A stretch of 54,917 nt of DNA from Pseudomonadota bacterium (GTDB lineage: Bacteria > UBA10199 > 2-02-FULL-44-16 > JBDRGF01). The stretch spans positions 1 through 54,917 of the forward strand of contig JBDRGF010000104.1 in assembly GCA_043818055.1 (NCBI GenBank), written 5' to 3'. Under the pieces are notes generated by a model. It saw nothing but the letters and a program-made list of their open reading frames with translations, was not told the origin of the DNA and ran no database searches. The position numbers and the translations under genes were made by a program. This document shows positions 1-8,745 of this stretch, one piece after another; the stretch's first letter is position 1, and each line of letters opens with the position of its first letter.

Positions 1-759
1 AGGTGCGAGGTTATTGGCAACAAGATGTACGGCCTGTTTGTTCACGAAGATGCAAACCTCTCGATAAAATCGATGAAATCGATGATAGGAAACGGCGATG
101 GAAAGAGCGCTCTCAATGCTTTCACGCCAAATTCAAACATCGGTCTCATAAAGGCAATACAGGATAAAGAGACATTCGTAGTGCCTGAGAGTGCTGTAGG
201 AGGTAGCGCCGCGAGATACATCGAGTTATACAAAGTGAAAGAAAAACTGATTGTTCAACCCGAACAATTATTGGTCAGGCGTGAATTAAACCCAATCGAC
301 CTCGCCCAAAAAGGCGACTCCCTCACGATCACTGATCCAGCTATCCGAGGCCAATATCTCATAGCCATGGTTACAGGTGGCGACGGAAGTACTCTCTCGA
401 TCGACACCCTTCTAGCCAAAGACCGCGTCATCATCACAGCCACCGACACCATATCGCTTCCAACTGCCGGTGGAGAGGGGTTTGGGGGTGTTTCAACAGT
501 TGACCCAGCTTCCCCGTCTTCCATCCCCTCCGATGGTTCAGGCTCAGGTTTAGGGGCTGGAATGGGGGCTGTGAGTGGAATGGGATGCGCGTTGGTGGAA
601 GATGGATGTGACTATAACAGCATAGCAACCTCCACGGCTGTTTTTTGGTTTTTTGTCACATTTATATCGGCAATAAGATCTGTTAGGAAAAAGAAATTGA
701 CCCCCTCTACCTCCCCCTTGTTAAGGGGGAGCATACTCAACTTATTGAAAAGTAAATGA
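1..759 (+). CDS. Surface protein, 5'-truncated, with a Gly-rich linker and a GC + transmembrane + basic C-terminal sorting-like signal
   Basis: Frame is open from base 1. C-terminus reads GSGSGLGAGMGAVSGMGCALV...AVFWFFVTFISAIRSVRKKK, resembling MYXO-CTERM/GlyGly-CTERM-type tails. Confidence 0.6.
   Translation, partial: RCEVIGNKMYGLFVHEDANLSIKSMKSMIGNGDGKSALNAFTPNSNIGLIKAIQDKETFVVPESAVGGSAARYIELYKVKEKLIVQPEQLLVRRELNPIDLAQKGDSLTITDPAIRGQYLIAMVTGGDGSTLSIDTLLAKDRVIITATDTISLPTAGGEGFGGVSTVDPASPSSIPSDGSGSGLGAGMGAVSGMGCALVEDGCDYNSIATSTAVFWFFVTFISAIRSVRKKKLTPSTSPLLRGSILNLLKSK
700..731. repeat. REP-like palindrome CTCCCCCTT-GTT-AAGGGGGAG
   Basis: Perfect 9-bp inverted repeat at 711-731, preceded by CCCCCTCTAC; lies inside the 3' end of the first ORF. 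Confidence 0.55.
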
Positions 760-763
760 ATTT

Positions 764-1627
764 CTAATCTATCAACGTATCTTCCCCTTTGCGGACTTTT
801 TCTAAACGGATGCCCACCTTTTTTTGAGCCTCCTTTTTTGCCAGGCTGATCACATCCACGATCATGGTTGTCGCGTTGTCCTTTGCAATAATCTTTCCTG
901 ACGTGGAAGAGCGTTCAGGAGGTGCGGCCTTGATAGCCTCCATCATCTTTTCGATCGCCTGCTTTGGGCTCTTGATTTTCATAAAAGATTTGATTTCATC
1001 ATCGGTGAGCACCTTCGTTACGCCATCAGTGCATAGAAAGAAGCGGTCGTTTTTATAATATTCCATAACGTGTATGTCAGCACGTGCCAGCTCATATTTG
1101 CCGCCCAGACATCTTGTCACGATGTTTCTATTCGGATGAGTCCTTGCCTCCTTCTTTGAAATTTTTTCATCCCTCACCATCTGATCCACCTTTGAGTGGG
1201 AGCGGGTGATCTGTCTTAAGCTCTCTTCGCTGTACACATAGCAGGGCGAATCTCCTGCATTGACGACATAGGCCTTTTTATCCCTGAACAGCAAAAAGAC
1301 CAGGGTGCATCCCATCTTATCGAATGCGAGCCTTTCGCTCTCATCGACGATACAGTCATGGATTTCTTTTATGGCAGCCCGCAGGATTTTGTCATAGGCA
1401 TTCATTCCTGAGCTATGGGCAAATACAGCATCGATACTATTTACGAACTTATGAGCCAGATGAGAGGCTAATCTGCTCGCAACAGCACCCCCTTCAAAAC
1501 CGCCCATTCCGTCGGCAACGAGATAAAGCCCCGAACTCTCATCCGAAAAGTAAAAATCCTGATTATCCTTTCGCTCCATCTGTTCTGTTGAGGCATAGCA
1601 GCGAATCGATAGATTCTTTACCGTCAT
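764..1627 (-). CDS. PP2C/PPM-family Ser/Thr protein phosphatase
   Basis: Motifs RKDNQD, VADGMGG, NAGDS, HPNRNIVTRCLG, LCTDG, DN; ATG at 1627 follows a GGGGA SD-like sequence. Confidence 0.93.
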   Translation of the reverse strand: MTVKNLSIRCYASTEQMERKDNQDFYFSDESSGLYLVADGMGGFEGGAVASRLASHLAHKFVNSIDAVFAHSSGMNAYDKILRAAIKEIHDCIVDESERLAFDKMGCTLVFLLFRDKKAYVVNAGDSPCYVYSEESLRQITRSHSKVDQMVRDEKISKKEARTHPNRNIVTRCLGGKYELARADIHVMEYYKNDRFFLCTDGVTKVLTDDEIKSFMKIKSPKQAIEKMMEAIKAAPPERSSTSGKIIAKDNATTMIVDVISLAKKEAQKKVGIRLEKVRKGEDTLID

Positions 1628-1689
1628 AAATTTTCCCCTTTTTTTGACCGGATAATTATAGTACAATCGGCCTCGTGTGAAAAGGAAGA

Positions 1690-1904
1690 ATTATACCGTG
1701 TCAGTTTGATTTTTTTACACTGATGATCGGCACAAGTGCTCGTAACAATTTAATATTATCATATTTCCACTGATGGAAATTAAATTGACGAAGCACTAGT
1801 ACCTCATCAATCAAATTTTCTATACTGAGGAAGGGCACAAGTGCTCGTAACAATTTAATATTATCATATTTCCACTGATGGAAATTAAATTGACGAAGCA
1901 CTAG
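1690..1904. mobile_element. Two tandem copies of a ~109-bp MITE-like element
   Basis: Identical 71-bp blocks at 1729-1799 and 1834-1904. Unit 1796-1904 is bounded by CTAG with imperfect terminal inverted repeats. A third copy lies at 19741-19849. Confidence 0.7.
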
Positions 1905-1918
1905 AAAAAGGGGGTAAC

Positions 1919-2962
1919 ATGGCACAGATAGAGGGATTAAAAACAGAGGATGCTGGCGGCGCATTGCAAAATTACGTAGTCATCAGAGACCTTTCTGAAG
2001 ATGAGGAGCCGAGCCATTGGACGATGTCGCAGCTGGCGATGGATATTCGCACGGATGAGAAGGTGCTTATCTCGCGTCTGAACAAGACCAAATTTATAGC
2101 GCACGGTTTTCGCGAGCAATCGGGATCGGAAACGGAAGAGGAGAGGGAAGCTATAAAAGCGCAGGCGATTGCTAAATATCAGGGAGAGCTGAATCACTTT
2201 GTTAACCTGAACAAAAAGGTTGTTGGTCTCTCTCATCCTGCCATTGCAAAGGTGATAGACTTTGGGGTGGATCAGAAGAACATGGAGGCCGTTGTTACGG
2301 TTGAATATGTTGACGGCGCTCCCGTCTTTGACGTAACGAACGGCATGCCAATACTCGGCATGATTCCGATATTCCTGTCTGTCCTTGAGGGGCTCAACTT
2401 CATGCATTTCAGGGATATTCTTCATCTGAATCTGAAGTCGAAGAGGGTGCTGGTCAAAGCCGGATTTCCATCGGTCGCCAAACTCACAGATTATGGATAT
2501 GCGCTGAGCGTAGGAAAAATTCCCGATGGTGTTTTTGGATCGGCCATATATTCGGCCCCAGAGGTGATCAGGGGAGAGAAGGATAAGATCGGGGTTGTTT
2601 CGGATTTGTATTCCTTTGCCGCTCTCGCTTATAGCTGCATGGCAAGAGTCTTTCCATTTCCTGAAAGGGAAAACGCAGAGCATAGTTATGAATTGAAAGA
2701 GATTGTTCATAGGGAAGAGGAACCTCTCAAACCGTCCCTTCGAAATACCCTTATGATTCGGAGGGAGTGTGATAAGGCGGCAGCAGATAAAATAGCCAAA
2801 CTTGAAGACATCATCATGGCTTTGTTAAAAGCGAGTCCTGATGACAGACCACATCGAACAGCTTGGGAGCTAATTTCCAACATCTCAAGCTTATTCAAGG
2901 AAGAGCTGGAGAAGAAGAGGCTTGGGGATGCAACGATTACCAGGAGCGCATCGATAACCTGA
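1919..2962 (+). CDS. Ser/Thr kinase-fold protein, probable pseudokinase
   Basis: HPAIAKVIDFG, VEYVDG, DYG, GSAIYSAPE and SDLYS are present, but the catalytic loop reads HLNLKSKRV. Confidence 0.85.
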   Translation: MAQIEGLKTEDAGGALQNYVVIRDLSEDEEPSHWTMSQLAMDIRTDEKVLISRLNKTKFIAHGFREQSGSETEEEREAIKAQAIAKYQGELNHFVNLNKKVVGLSHPAIAKVIDFGVDQKNMEAVVTVEYVDGAPVFDVTNGMPILGMIPIFLSVLEGLNFMHFRDILHLNLKSKRVLVKAGFPSVAKLTDYGYALSVGKIPDGVFGSAIYSAPEVIRGEKDKIGVVSDLYSFAALAYSCMARVFPFPERENAEHSYELKEIVHREEEPLKPSLRNTLMIRRECDKAAADKIAKLEDIIMALLKASPDDRPHRTAWELISNISSLFKEELEKKRLGDATITRSASIT

Positions 2963-2969
2963 TTATAAT

Positions 2970-5900
2970 ATGGACGTTTCAAAATTATCGCAGGGGACGT
3001 TGATAGGTCACAACCGGATTGAAGATGTTATCGGTCGTGGTGGTTCGGGTATTGTCTATTTGGCCGTGGATTTGGAACATAATCGCGAAGTAGCGCTAAA
3101 GTTTCTGAATAAGGAATTTGCGCGTGCTTCATACAAAACCAAACTTGCGGAAAAAAAATTGTCTCCCGAAAGCTTTGAGGAAGAATTTTCAAAACATTAC
3201 GAATCGATTACAAGCCGCTTCAAAGAGGAATATCAGAAACAGCTGATCGGCGTTCACCACCCAAACATTGCACAGGTTTATCAATTTGGTTTTTTTGAGG
3301 GACACTTTTATTTTACTACTGAATATATCAAAGGATACGACATCTTTGCCTTTACAAGAGGAATGTCGTGCGGGTCGTTGACACCGCTTTTCATCCAAAT
3401 GCTCGAGGGGATTCAGTTCATTCATGATAACGGGTTGTTGCACTACGATATTAAGCCTGAAAACGTTCTCATAAAAGAGCTTGACGGAAGGCCTGTTGTA
3501 AAGATCATCGATTTTGGAATTGCCACTGCTATATCCAGTAGCAAAAAAGAGCAATTCGGTACTCCGATGTTCATTCCTCCTGAGGTGATTCTGGGATGGG
3601 AAGACAGGATCGGCGTATCTTCCGATCTCTTTTCTGCCGCTGCTCTCATGTACTATTGCATTGTAAACACCTATCCCTTTTTAGACAGATATGGGTGGGG
3701 AGAAAATACCAAAAAACTCGCTAAGATCATTGAAAATGAACTCCAGCCGAAAGCGTTGAGAAAACTTAGCACATCCATTCCGGAATACCTTGATACGATA
3801 GTTATGAGGCTTTTGAAAAATAATCCTGAAGAGCGGTTCTACGGCAGTGCCAGGGCAGTGATCAATGCATTGAAAACACGAAGTCCTGATGATTTTAAAG
3901 AGATTGAGGAAATTAAATCTTCTTATCTCATACCGTATAAACACATCGGGATGGACTCCGTTCTCGGTGAAATCAACGACAAAATAACCCTTCTCGCGAA
4001 GGGAGAACAATCTCACTCATATGTCTATTGCATATGTGGAGAGAGGGGAATGGGAAAGAGCCATTTTCTCCAAAAGTTGCGAGAAACGGCAGAGACAAAA
4101 TCGGATGCGATTTCATTATACAATATCAGGTTTCCTGCGGACAGGGAGTGGATCACGATTTGGATAAATTACCTTTCAAACGAACTCTCTGAAAACAGAC
4201 ATCCTCTGATTATTTTGATAGATGATCTTCATCTGTTAAATTCCGGCAATAATTCAGCTGACGATCATGGAACGATACATAAGATGATTTCCAGTTTGAT
4301 CCGTTCTATCGCTGAACGAGTATCGCATCCGGATTTATATGAAATGATAAAACCTGTTCTTTTGTGCTATACAACTCTTCCTGACGACATTCCCAATGAA
4401 AAAGAGGTTTTAAATGTGCAAAGGATTGTTGGGCTTAAATCTCTTTCCGAAAATGGAATAGCGGATTTTCTCAAATCAACTGTCGCGTTTAAAAATAAAG
4501 ATATCAAGTCCGATTGGGTCAAAGACCTCCTGCGTTACACAGATGGTATCCCAGGTGAACTTCAGGAACACTTAATTAAGCGTGACAGCCAGGGTATTCT
4601 TTTCGATCTTGAAGGAAATGTGCATCTTGTGGAATCGAGTGCTGCTAAAAAGCAAACGATTGTCCCGCAGACAACGGAGAATCGCCTTTTAGGTCTGTAC
4701 CATGGTTTGTCAGCCCTAGAAAAAAAGTTGATAGATTTTTTATCAGTTTGGTATTTTAAATGGCTTTCCCCGGATATTTGTCTCTCAGATATTCAACAAT
4801 TGTTCCCGATCGTGGGACTTCATCAGGTTTTGATGAATCTTCGTCAAAAGGAAATCTTATCTCATGATGGTTGTATCTTTCGTAATCCTTATTTTCCCGA
4901 TTTAATATACCGGTCGATTGATGAGAATGAAAAACTAAAGTTCCATGCGATGATCGCCGAATACCCTGGAGGGGAATCCTTGTCACAAGAAGCAGCCCTG
5001 TTACACGCGGGCTTTGGAGGTGATGGCATCGATGCTGTTTCAAAGTTGATAAGGCTGTCGAGAAACCTGATCTTCATACATGGAAATGTATTTTTAGCTC
5101 TGGAGCTTTTGAATAGGGCGTTGAATCTATGTAGGCCAGAAAACAGAACATTGAAGATCATGAGTCTTTATACGCAAACTCTTATGATGCATGCTTTAGG
5201 TTATGCAGGAAAATATAAGGAGGCTTACGATATTTACGATAGGACTCTGAACTTATTCAAGACGGCAAACTATTCACAAATCTGGAAGCTGCGCCTGATC
5301 ATCGCTATCATGCCGTCATATCTTGCTTTGCAAAGATACGATGAAGCATCTGAAATCATCAAAGAGGGTCTCAAAATTGCGGATCTGGGACAATATCCAA
5401 CATATCATATTTTGCTTCTCAATTGGGATGGACGTATCAATTTTAACCGTCGGGCCAAAGATGAAAAATATCTTTTGAAAGCAAAGGAAATTTATGAAAA
5501 AAGTTCCAGATTGGAAAAGAGTTTGTCCAGAGAACTCCTCAGTCGCATAACGAACAACGAACTCGGACAGGTTTTGCTTGCTCTTGGAAAAAACAAGAAA
5601 GCTATAAAGGAGATGCAGAAGAAGCTTGTCAGATGTGAAGCAAGTGGAAATTCGCTTCATATATTGCTGGCGAGACTATCTCTGGCAGAGACTATGCGGA
5701 ATTTACGCAAGTATTCACTCGCTTTTGAATATTGCCAAAGGGCACTGGAAACCGCGAAGAAAATCGATTTCGGTCCCTGGCCTGCCAATATATATTTTGT
5801 CATGGCGGCATCCTATCTCGACTGGAATAAATATGACGATTCAATTGAACAGAGCAATAAATGCCTCTCTGCTTGCTCGTTGATGGAAAACGAAAATGAA

Positions 5901-6290
5901 CGAAACGAGCTCATGGGAAGCGCCTGGGTTAATATCGGTAATTGTTACAACGAAAAAAAAGAATGGGAAAAATCCCAAAAATATTTCGAAGCTGCTTTAG
6001 ATTGCGGAGCTGTTTTATTTATGAAGGTAAGAGCAAAACTTGGTTTGGCAGAAGCAAGTCTGAATACGATGAATTTAGAAAAATCGATGGCGGAGCTTGA
6101 CGAAGTTGACGAGCAGCTTGCACGCCTCCCTGAAATTAAAAGGGGATTTAAATTTGTCAGCAAATTTTTGCGGTATCAGGTTTTAATGAAAATGGAAAAG
6201 GAATCGGATGCAAAGGAACTCTTACCCGAATTAAAAGCACTGGCCAGTGACAATCCGGTTTTTCGAAAGGAATACAAAAGAATTTTATGA
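2970..6290 (+). CDS. Ser/Thr kinase fused to a P-loop NTPase and TPR-like helical repeats
   Basis: GRGGSG, VALK, HYDIKPEN, DFG, GTPMFIPPE; Walker A GERGMGKS; Walker B ILIDD; C-terminal repeats such as AWVNIGNCYNEKKEWEKSQKYFEAAL. Confidence 0.9.
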   Translation: MDVSKLSQGTLIGHNRIEDVIGRGGSGIVYLAVDLEHNREVALKFLNKEFARASYKTKLAEKKLSPESFEEEFSKHYESITSRFKEEYQKQLIGVHHPNIAQVYQFGFFEGHFYFTTEYIKGYDIFAFTRGMSCGSLTPLFIQMLEGIQFIHDNGLLHYDIKPENVLIKELDGRPVVKIIDFGIATAISSSKKEQFGTPMFIPPEVILGWEDRIGVSSDLFSAAALMYYCIVNTYPFLDRYGWGENTKKLAKIIENELQPKALRKLSTSIPEYLDTIVMRLLKNNPEERFYGSARAVINALKTRSPDDFKEIEEIKSSYLIPYKHIGMDSVLGEINDKITLLAKGEQSHSYVYCICGERGMGKSHFLQKLRETAETKSDAISLYNIRFPADREWITIWINYLSNELSENRHPLIILIDDLHLLNSGNNSADDHGTIHKMISSLIRSIAERVSHPDLYEMIKPVLLCYTTLPDDIPNEKEVLNVQRIVGLKSLSENGIADFLKSTVAFKNKDIKSDWVKDLLRYTDGIPGELQEHLIKRDSQGILFDLEGNVHLVESSAAKKQTIVPQTTENRLLGLYHGLSALEKKLIDFLSVWYFKWLSPDICLSDIQQLFPIVGLHQVLMNLRQKEILSHDGCIFRNPYFPDLIYRSIDENEKLKFHAMIAEYPGGESLSQEAALLHAGFGGDGIDAVSKLIRLSRNLIFIHGNVFLALELLNRALNLCRPENRTLKIMSLYTQTLMMHALGYAGKYKEAYDIYDRTLNLFKTANYSQIWKLRLIIAIMPSYLALQRYDEASEIIKEGLKIADLGQYPTYHILLLNWDGRINFNRRAKDEKYLLKAKEIYEKSSRLEKSLSRELLSRITNNELGQVLLALGKNKKAIKEMQKKLVRCEASGNSLHILLARLSLAETMRNLRKYSLAFEYCQRALETAKKIDFGPWPANIYFVMAASYLDWNKYDDSIEQSNKCLSACSLMENENERNELMGSAWVNIGNCYNEKKEWEKSQKYFEAALDCGAVLFMKVRAKLGLAEASLNTMNLEKSMAELDEVDEQLARLPEIKRGFKFVSKFLRYQVLMKMEKESDAKELLPELKALASDNPVFRKEYKRIL

Positions 6291-6296
6291 TTTATT

Positions 6297-6356
6297 AGTA
6301 TGTGGTAAAAAGCCAGTTGTACGAGCCTTTCCCTACATACCACATGCCACATGCGC
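6297..6356. repeat. Heptamer-repeat palindrome, family A
   Basis: AGTATGTGGTA ... CTACATA CCACATG CCACATG CGC, between convergent genes. Confidence 0.65.
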
Positions 6357-6369
6357 TTTTTTCTTTTTC

Positions 6370-7137
6370 TCAGATTCCGATTTTTAGCCAGTCGTTGAGC
6401 AAAAACTGGGTGCGACCGATCAAAAGTGCGATACGTCCCATGACTGTGTAGGCAAATGATGCGCCGAAGGTAACCATCAGCACCCAGATGCCATAGCGGG
6501 AGACTTTACCGAAAACACCTTTGTGTTCTTTGGAATAGAAAAAATATACAAGGCTCGAGAGCACTCCTGTGATCAGAACCAGGGCCGAAAAGCTTGCTCC
6601 CCAGTTGATCGAGCCATTTTCGAATATGATGATAGGCACGATCGAGGAACGGATCTGAGTTGTGAAATCAGATGCCAGATAGCCTAAGAAATTGAGGCCT
6701 GCTGCATAACCGACTGTGAATGCCAGTGCCCATCTGGACAACCAGTTGTGTTTCTTTGAGAGCCTCATGAGAAGTAAAAAGCCGAGAGCTAACGATATGA
6801 GGTATAAATAGTTTTTTTCTGCTGTGATGCCGGGAAGAATTTTTTGCATTGTTTCCGGAAATATCTTGGGCAGGCAGTTTGTCATGATAGTGCTCCAGAA
6901 GCCCATATACATCCAGTATGCCGCGGAAACGCCCACAAATATGTGTTCTGCCAATTTATAAAAGGGATTGTCTTTATAAAGAAAGCTGAAGACTGAAAGT
7001 GTAAAGAAGACGGAGAGCCAAAGCCCCAAGACATCTTTGTTGAGGGATAAAGGCATAGCGCCTGTGGCTACACGATATACCACAAAGCCTACAAATACCA
7101 AAAGAATTGCATACATTATAATTTTTTTTGCACTCAT
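6370..7137 (-). CDS. Polytopic membrane protein of unknown function (GlmL-like cluster)
   Basis: About 7 hydrophobic segments; motifs LYKDNPFYKLAEHIFVG and FGASFAYTVMGR; GGGGA SD. Confidence 0.8.
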   Translation of the reverse strand: MSAKKIIMYAILLVFVGFVVYRVATGAMPLSLNKDVLGLWLSVFFTLSVFSFLYKDNPFYKLAEHIFVGVSAAYWMYMGFWSTIMTNCLPKIFPETMQKILPGITAEKNYLYLISLALGFLLLMRLSKKHNWLSRWALAFTVGYAAGLNFLGYLASDFTTQIRSSIVPIIIFENGSINWGASFSALVLITGVLSSLVYFFYSKEHKGVFGKVSRYGIWVLMVTFGASFAYTVMGRIALLIGRTQFLLNDWLKIGI

Positions 7138-7149
7138 GGTTCTTCCCCT

Positions 7150-8010
7150 TTAAACTAAAGTTTTTCTTTTCCTGTCTATGAAATATGTGATGTTTCCTAT
7201 CAATATAAAGATAACGATCACAATGTGAGCGATTGTCTGTGGTCCCCAACGAAGAATTCCTATATGAAGTTTTGGATCTGCAAAACGCTCAAATTTTTTG
7301 GCTATCAGTGATTCATATTCAGCAGCTCCCTTGATGCCGCCGAGAAGACCGTTGAGCTGTTTAGGATAGTAGGGGAGGTATAGTGTAGTTTGTATTGCGG
7401 TTGTACCTGCGACAAACGGAATGTCCAGTGGATCGGTGCCAAACTGGATCCATTCCTTGATGCCAGGCCAGCCTGCGCTCATTCCAACGACGATATCGAA
7501 GTCGGAGAGATTTTTAACCCCCTGAGTCATCGGAATGTTTCGTATAGAGACGTTGTTGACATCGGTGGGATAGAGTTTTTCAAGATTCGTGGCGATGACA
7601 GGTATCACACCCTGGCGACCCGCTTTATACCCCAGGTTCACGAAATCTGTTCCATATTTTTTGTCGGGAAACTCGGTCTTCAAAAGGTTTTCAATCAGGT
7701 TTGCTATCATCTGCTGTCCTGTTGGCCAGAGTGTGATGAAATAAATTTTGAGATTATTCATCATCGCGTGACGCATTACCGAAATTGCCATAGGGCCGAT
7801 CTCAGGCTCTGATGGCGGATCGTAATCCATTGCGATAAGGACCTTCGAATTCGGCGGTAATTTGTCGATAAGTTCAAACATGTCCTTTGTCATCTTAGTT
7901 GGAAACTCAGGGAATGTGAGCTTGAAGAGGAGCGGTATGATGACAGACAAAGCGATGAAAACGAAAATGATACGCCTGTCGAGATTAATGATTTTGTCGA
8001 GTAACTTCAT
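7150..8010 (-). CDS. Membrane-anchored protein with N- and C-terminal TM helices, related to the C-terminal domain of 8746-9912
   Basis: TM - soluble alpha/beta domain - TM layout; GLLGGIKGAAEYE motif. Confidence 0.8.
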   Translation of the reverse strand: MKLLDKIINLDRRIIFVFIALSVIIPLLFKLTFPEFPTKMTKDMFELIDKLPPNSKVLIAMDYDPPSEPEIGPMAISVMRHAMMNNLKIYFITLWPTGQQMIANLIENLLKTEFPDKKYGTDFVNLGYKAGRQGVIPVIATNLEKLYPTDVNNVSIRNIPMTQGVKNLSDFDIVVGMSAGWPGIKEWIQFGTDPLDIPFVAGTTAIQTTLYLPYYPKQLNGLLGGIKGAAEYESLIAKKFERFADPKLHIGILRWGPQTIAHIVIVIFILIGNITYFIDRKRKTLV

Positions 8011-8022
8011 CTTTATTCCCCT

Positions 8023-8709
8023 TTATTTTTTTTCATCAGTTCCAAGATATGCGGATTCGATCCCAAGTATGAGTTTGAGCGATGTAGAAACAACTCCTAG
8101 TGCTATACCTATCATGATTGCCCTCTGTCCTGCGGTGTTCGGGAAGCTCAAAATCCAATTGAAGAGTTCGGGAATCTGCAGGAAGGAGAGTGATTCAGGG
8201 AGCCAGCTTGTCAGAGCTGTTCCCACAAATGTTCTTCCGAGGAGTATTATAAAAGCGGATACGAGTAGTATCGTTGCTTCCCTGTTTTTGGCCCTGAATG
8301 CCCTGTAGGAGGCGCTGGCTACAAAAAAAGCGAGCAACGAAAACATGGTGGATGCCAGCGGTGTGTATACATAGTCGAAAATGTAGCCGGCAAGAGCGTT
8401 CGGATCAGATATTTCTCCGGCCCATCCCCCAGGATTGCCGATTTTGAACATGCCCGCAGCCATCATAAGTAGGAAGGAAATTATAGCGACAAGGCTGTAT
8501 CCCCATCCCTCGTGTTTCTTGTAGGTTTTGGATATGTGATAGAGTAAGAGGTTGCCACCGCCGAGAATAAATGCGAATGCCTGTAAGACATTAAACCAGA
8601 CCGAAAAATCCTCTCTCAATGAACCAAACGGCTCCCTGGGAATAAATCTTGCGAGTATAAATATAGTGCCGGTTATAAAAGCTATTAACAGTGGAATTTT
8701 CTTTTTCAT
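8023..8709 (-). CDS. Polytopic membrane protein of unknown function
   Basis: About 6 TM segments; motifs MFSLLAFFVASASYRAFR and AGQRAIMIG; GGAG SD. Confidence 0.8.
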   Translation of the reverse strand: MKKKIPLLIAFITGTIFILARFIPREPFGSLREDFSVWFNVLQAFAFILGGGNLLLYHISKTYKKHEGWGYSLVAIISFLLMMAAGMFKIGNPGGWAGEISDPNALAGYIFDYVYTPLASTMFSLLAFFVASASYRAFRAKNREATILLVSAFIILLGRTFVGTALTSWLPESLSFLQIPELFNWILSFPNTAGQRAIMIGIALGVVSTSLKLILGIESAYLGTDEKK

Positions 8710-8745
8710 TTTTACATCTCCCGGATAAGGTGTTTATCGATCAAA

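Noticed and set aside
1735..1799. Integron attC site
   Set aside because: Bulged hairpin, but no proper RYYYAAC/GTTRRRY ends and no cassette-like gene arrangement
1729..1904. CRISPR mini-array (repeat, 34-nt spacer, repeat)
   Set aside because: The 71-bp repeat is too long, the spacer resembles the segment before the first repeat, there are no cas genes, and a solitary inverted copy exists at 19741
1701..1964. 87-aa ORF with an internal repeat
   Set aside because: It is simply the translation of the 105-bp-period DNA duplication
1937..2710. 257-aa antisense ORF
   Set aside because: Shadow of the kinase-fold gene; no motifs
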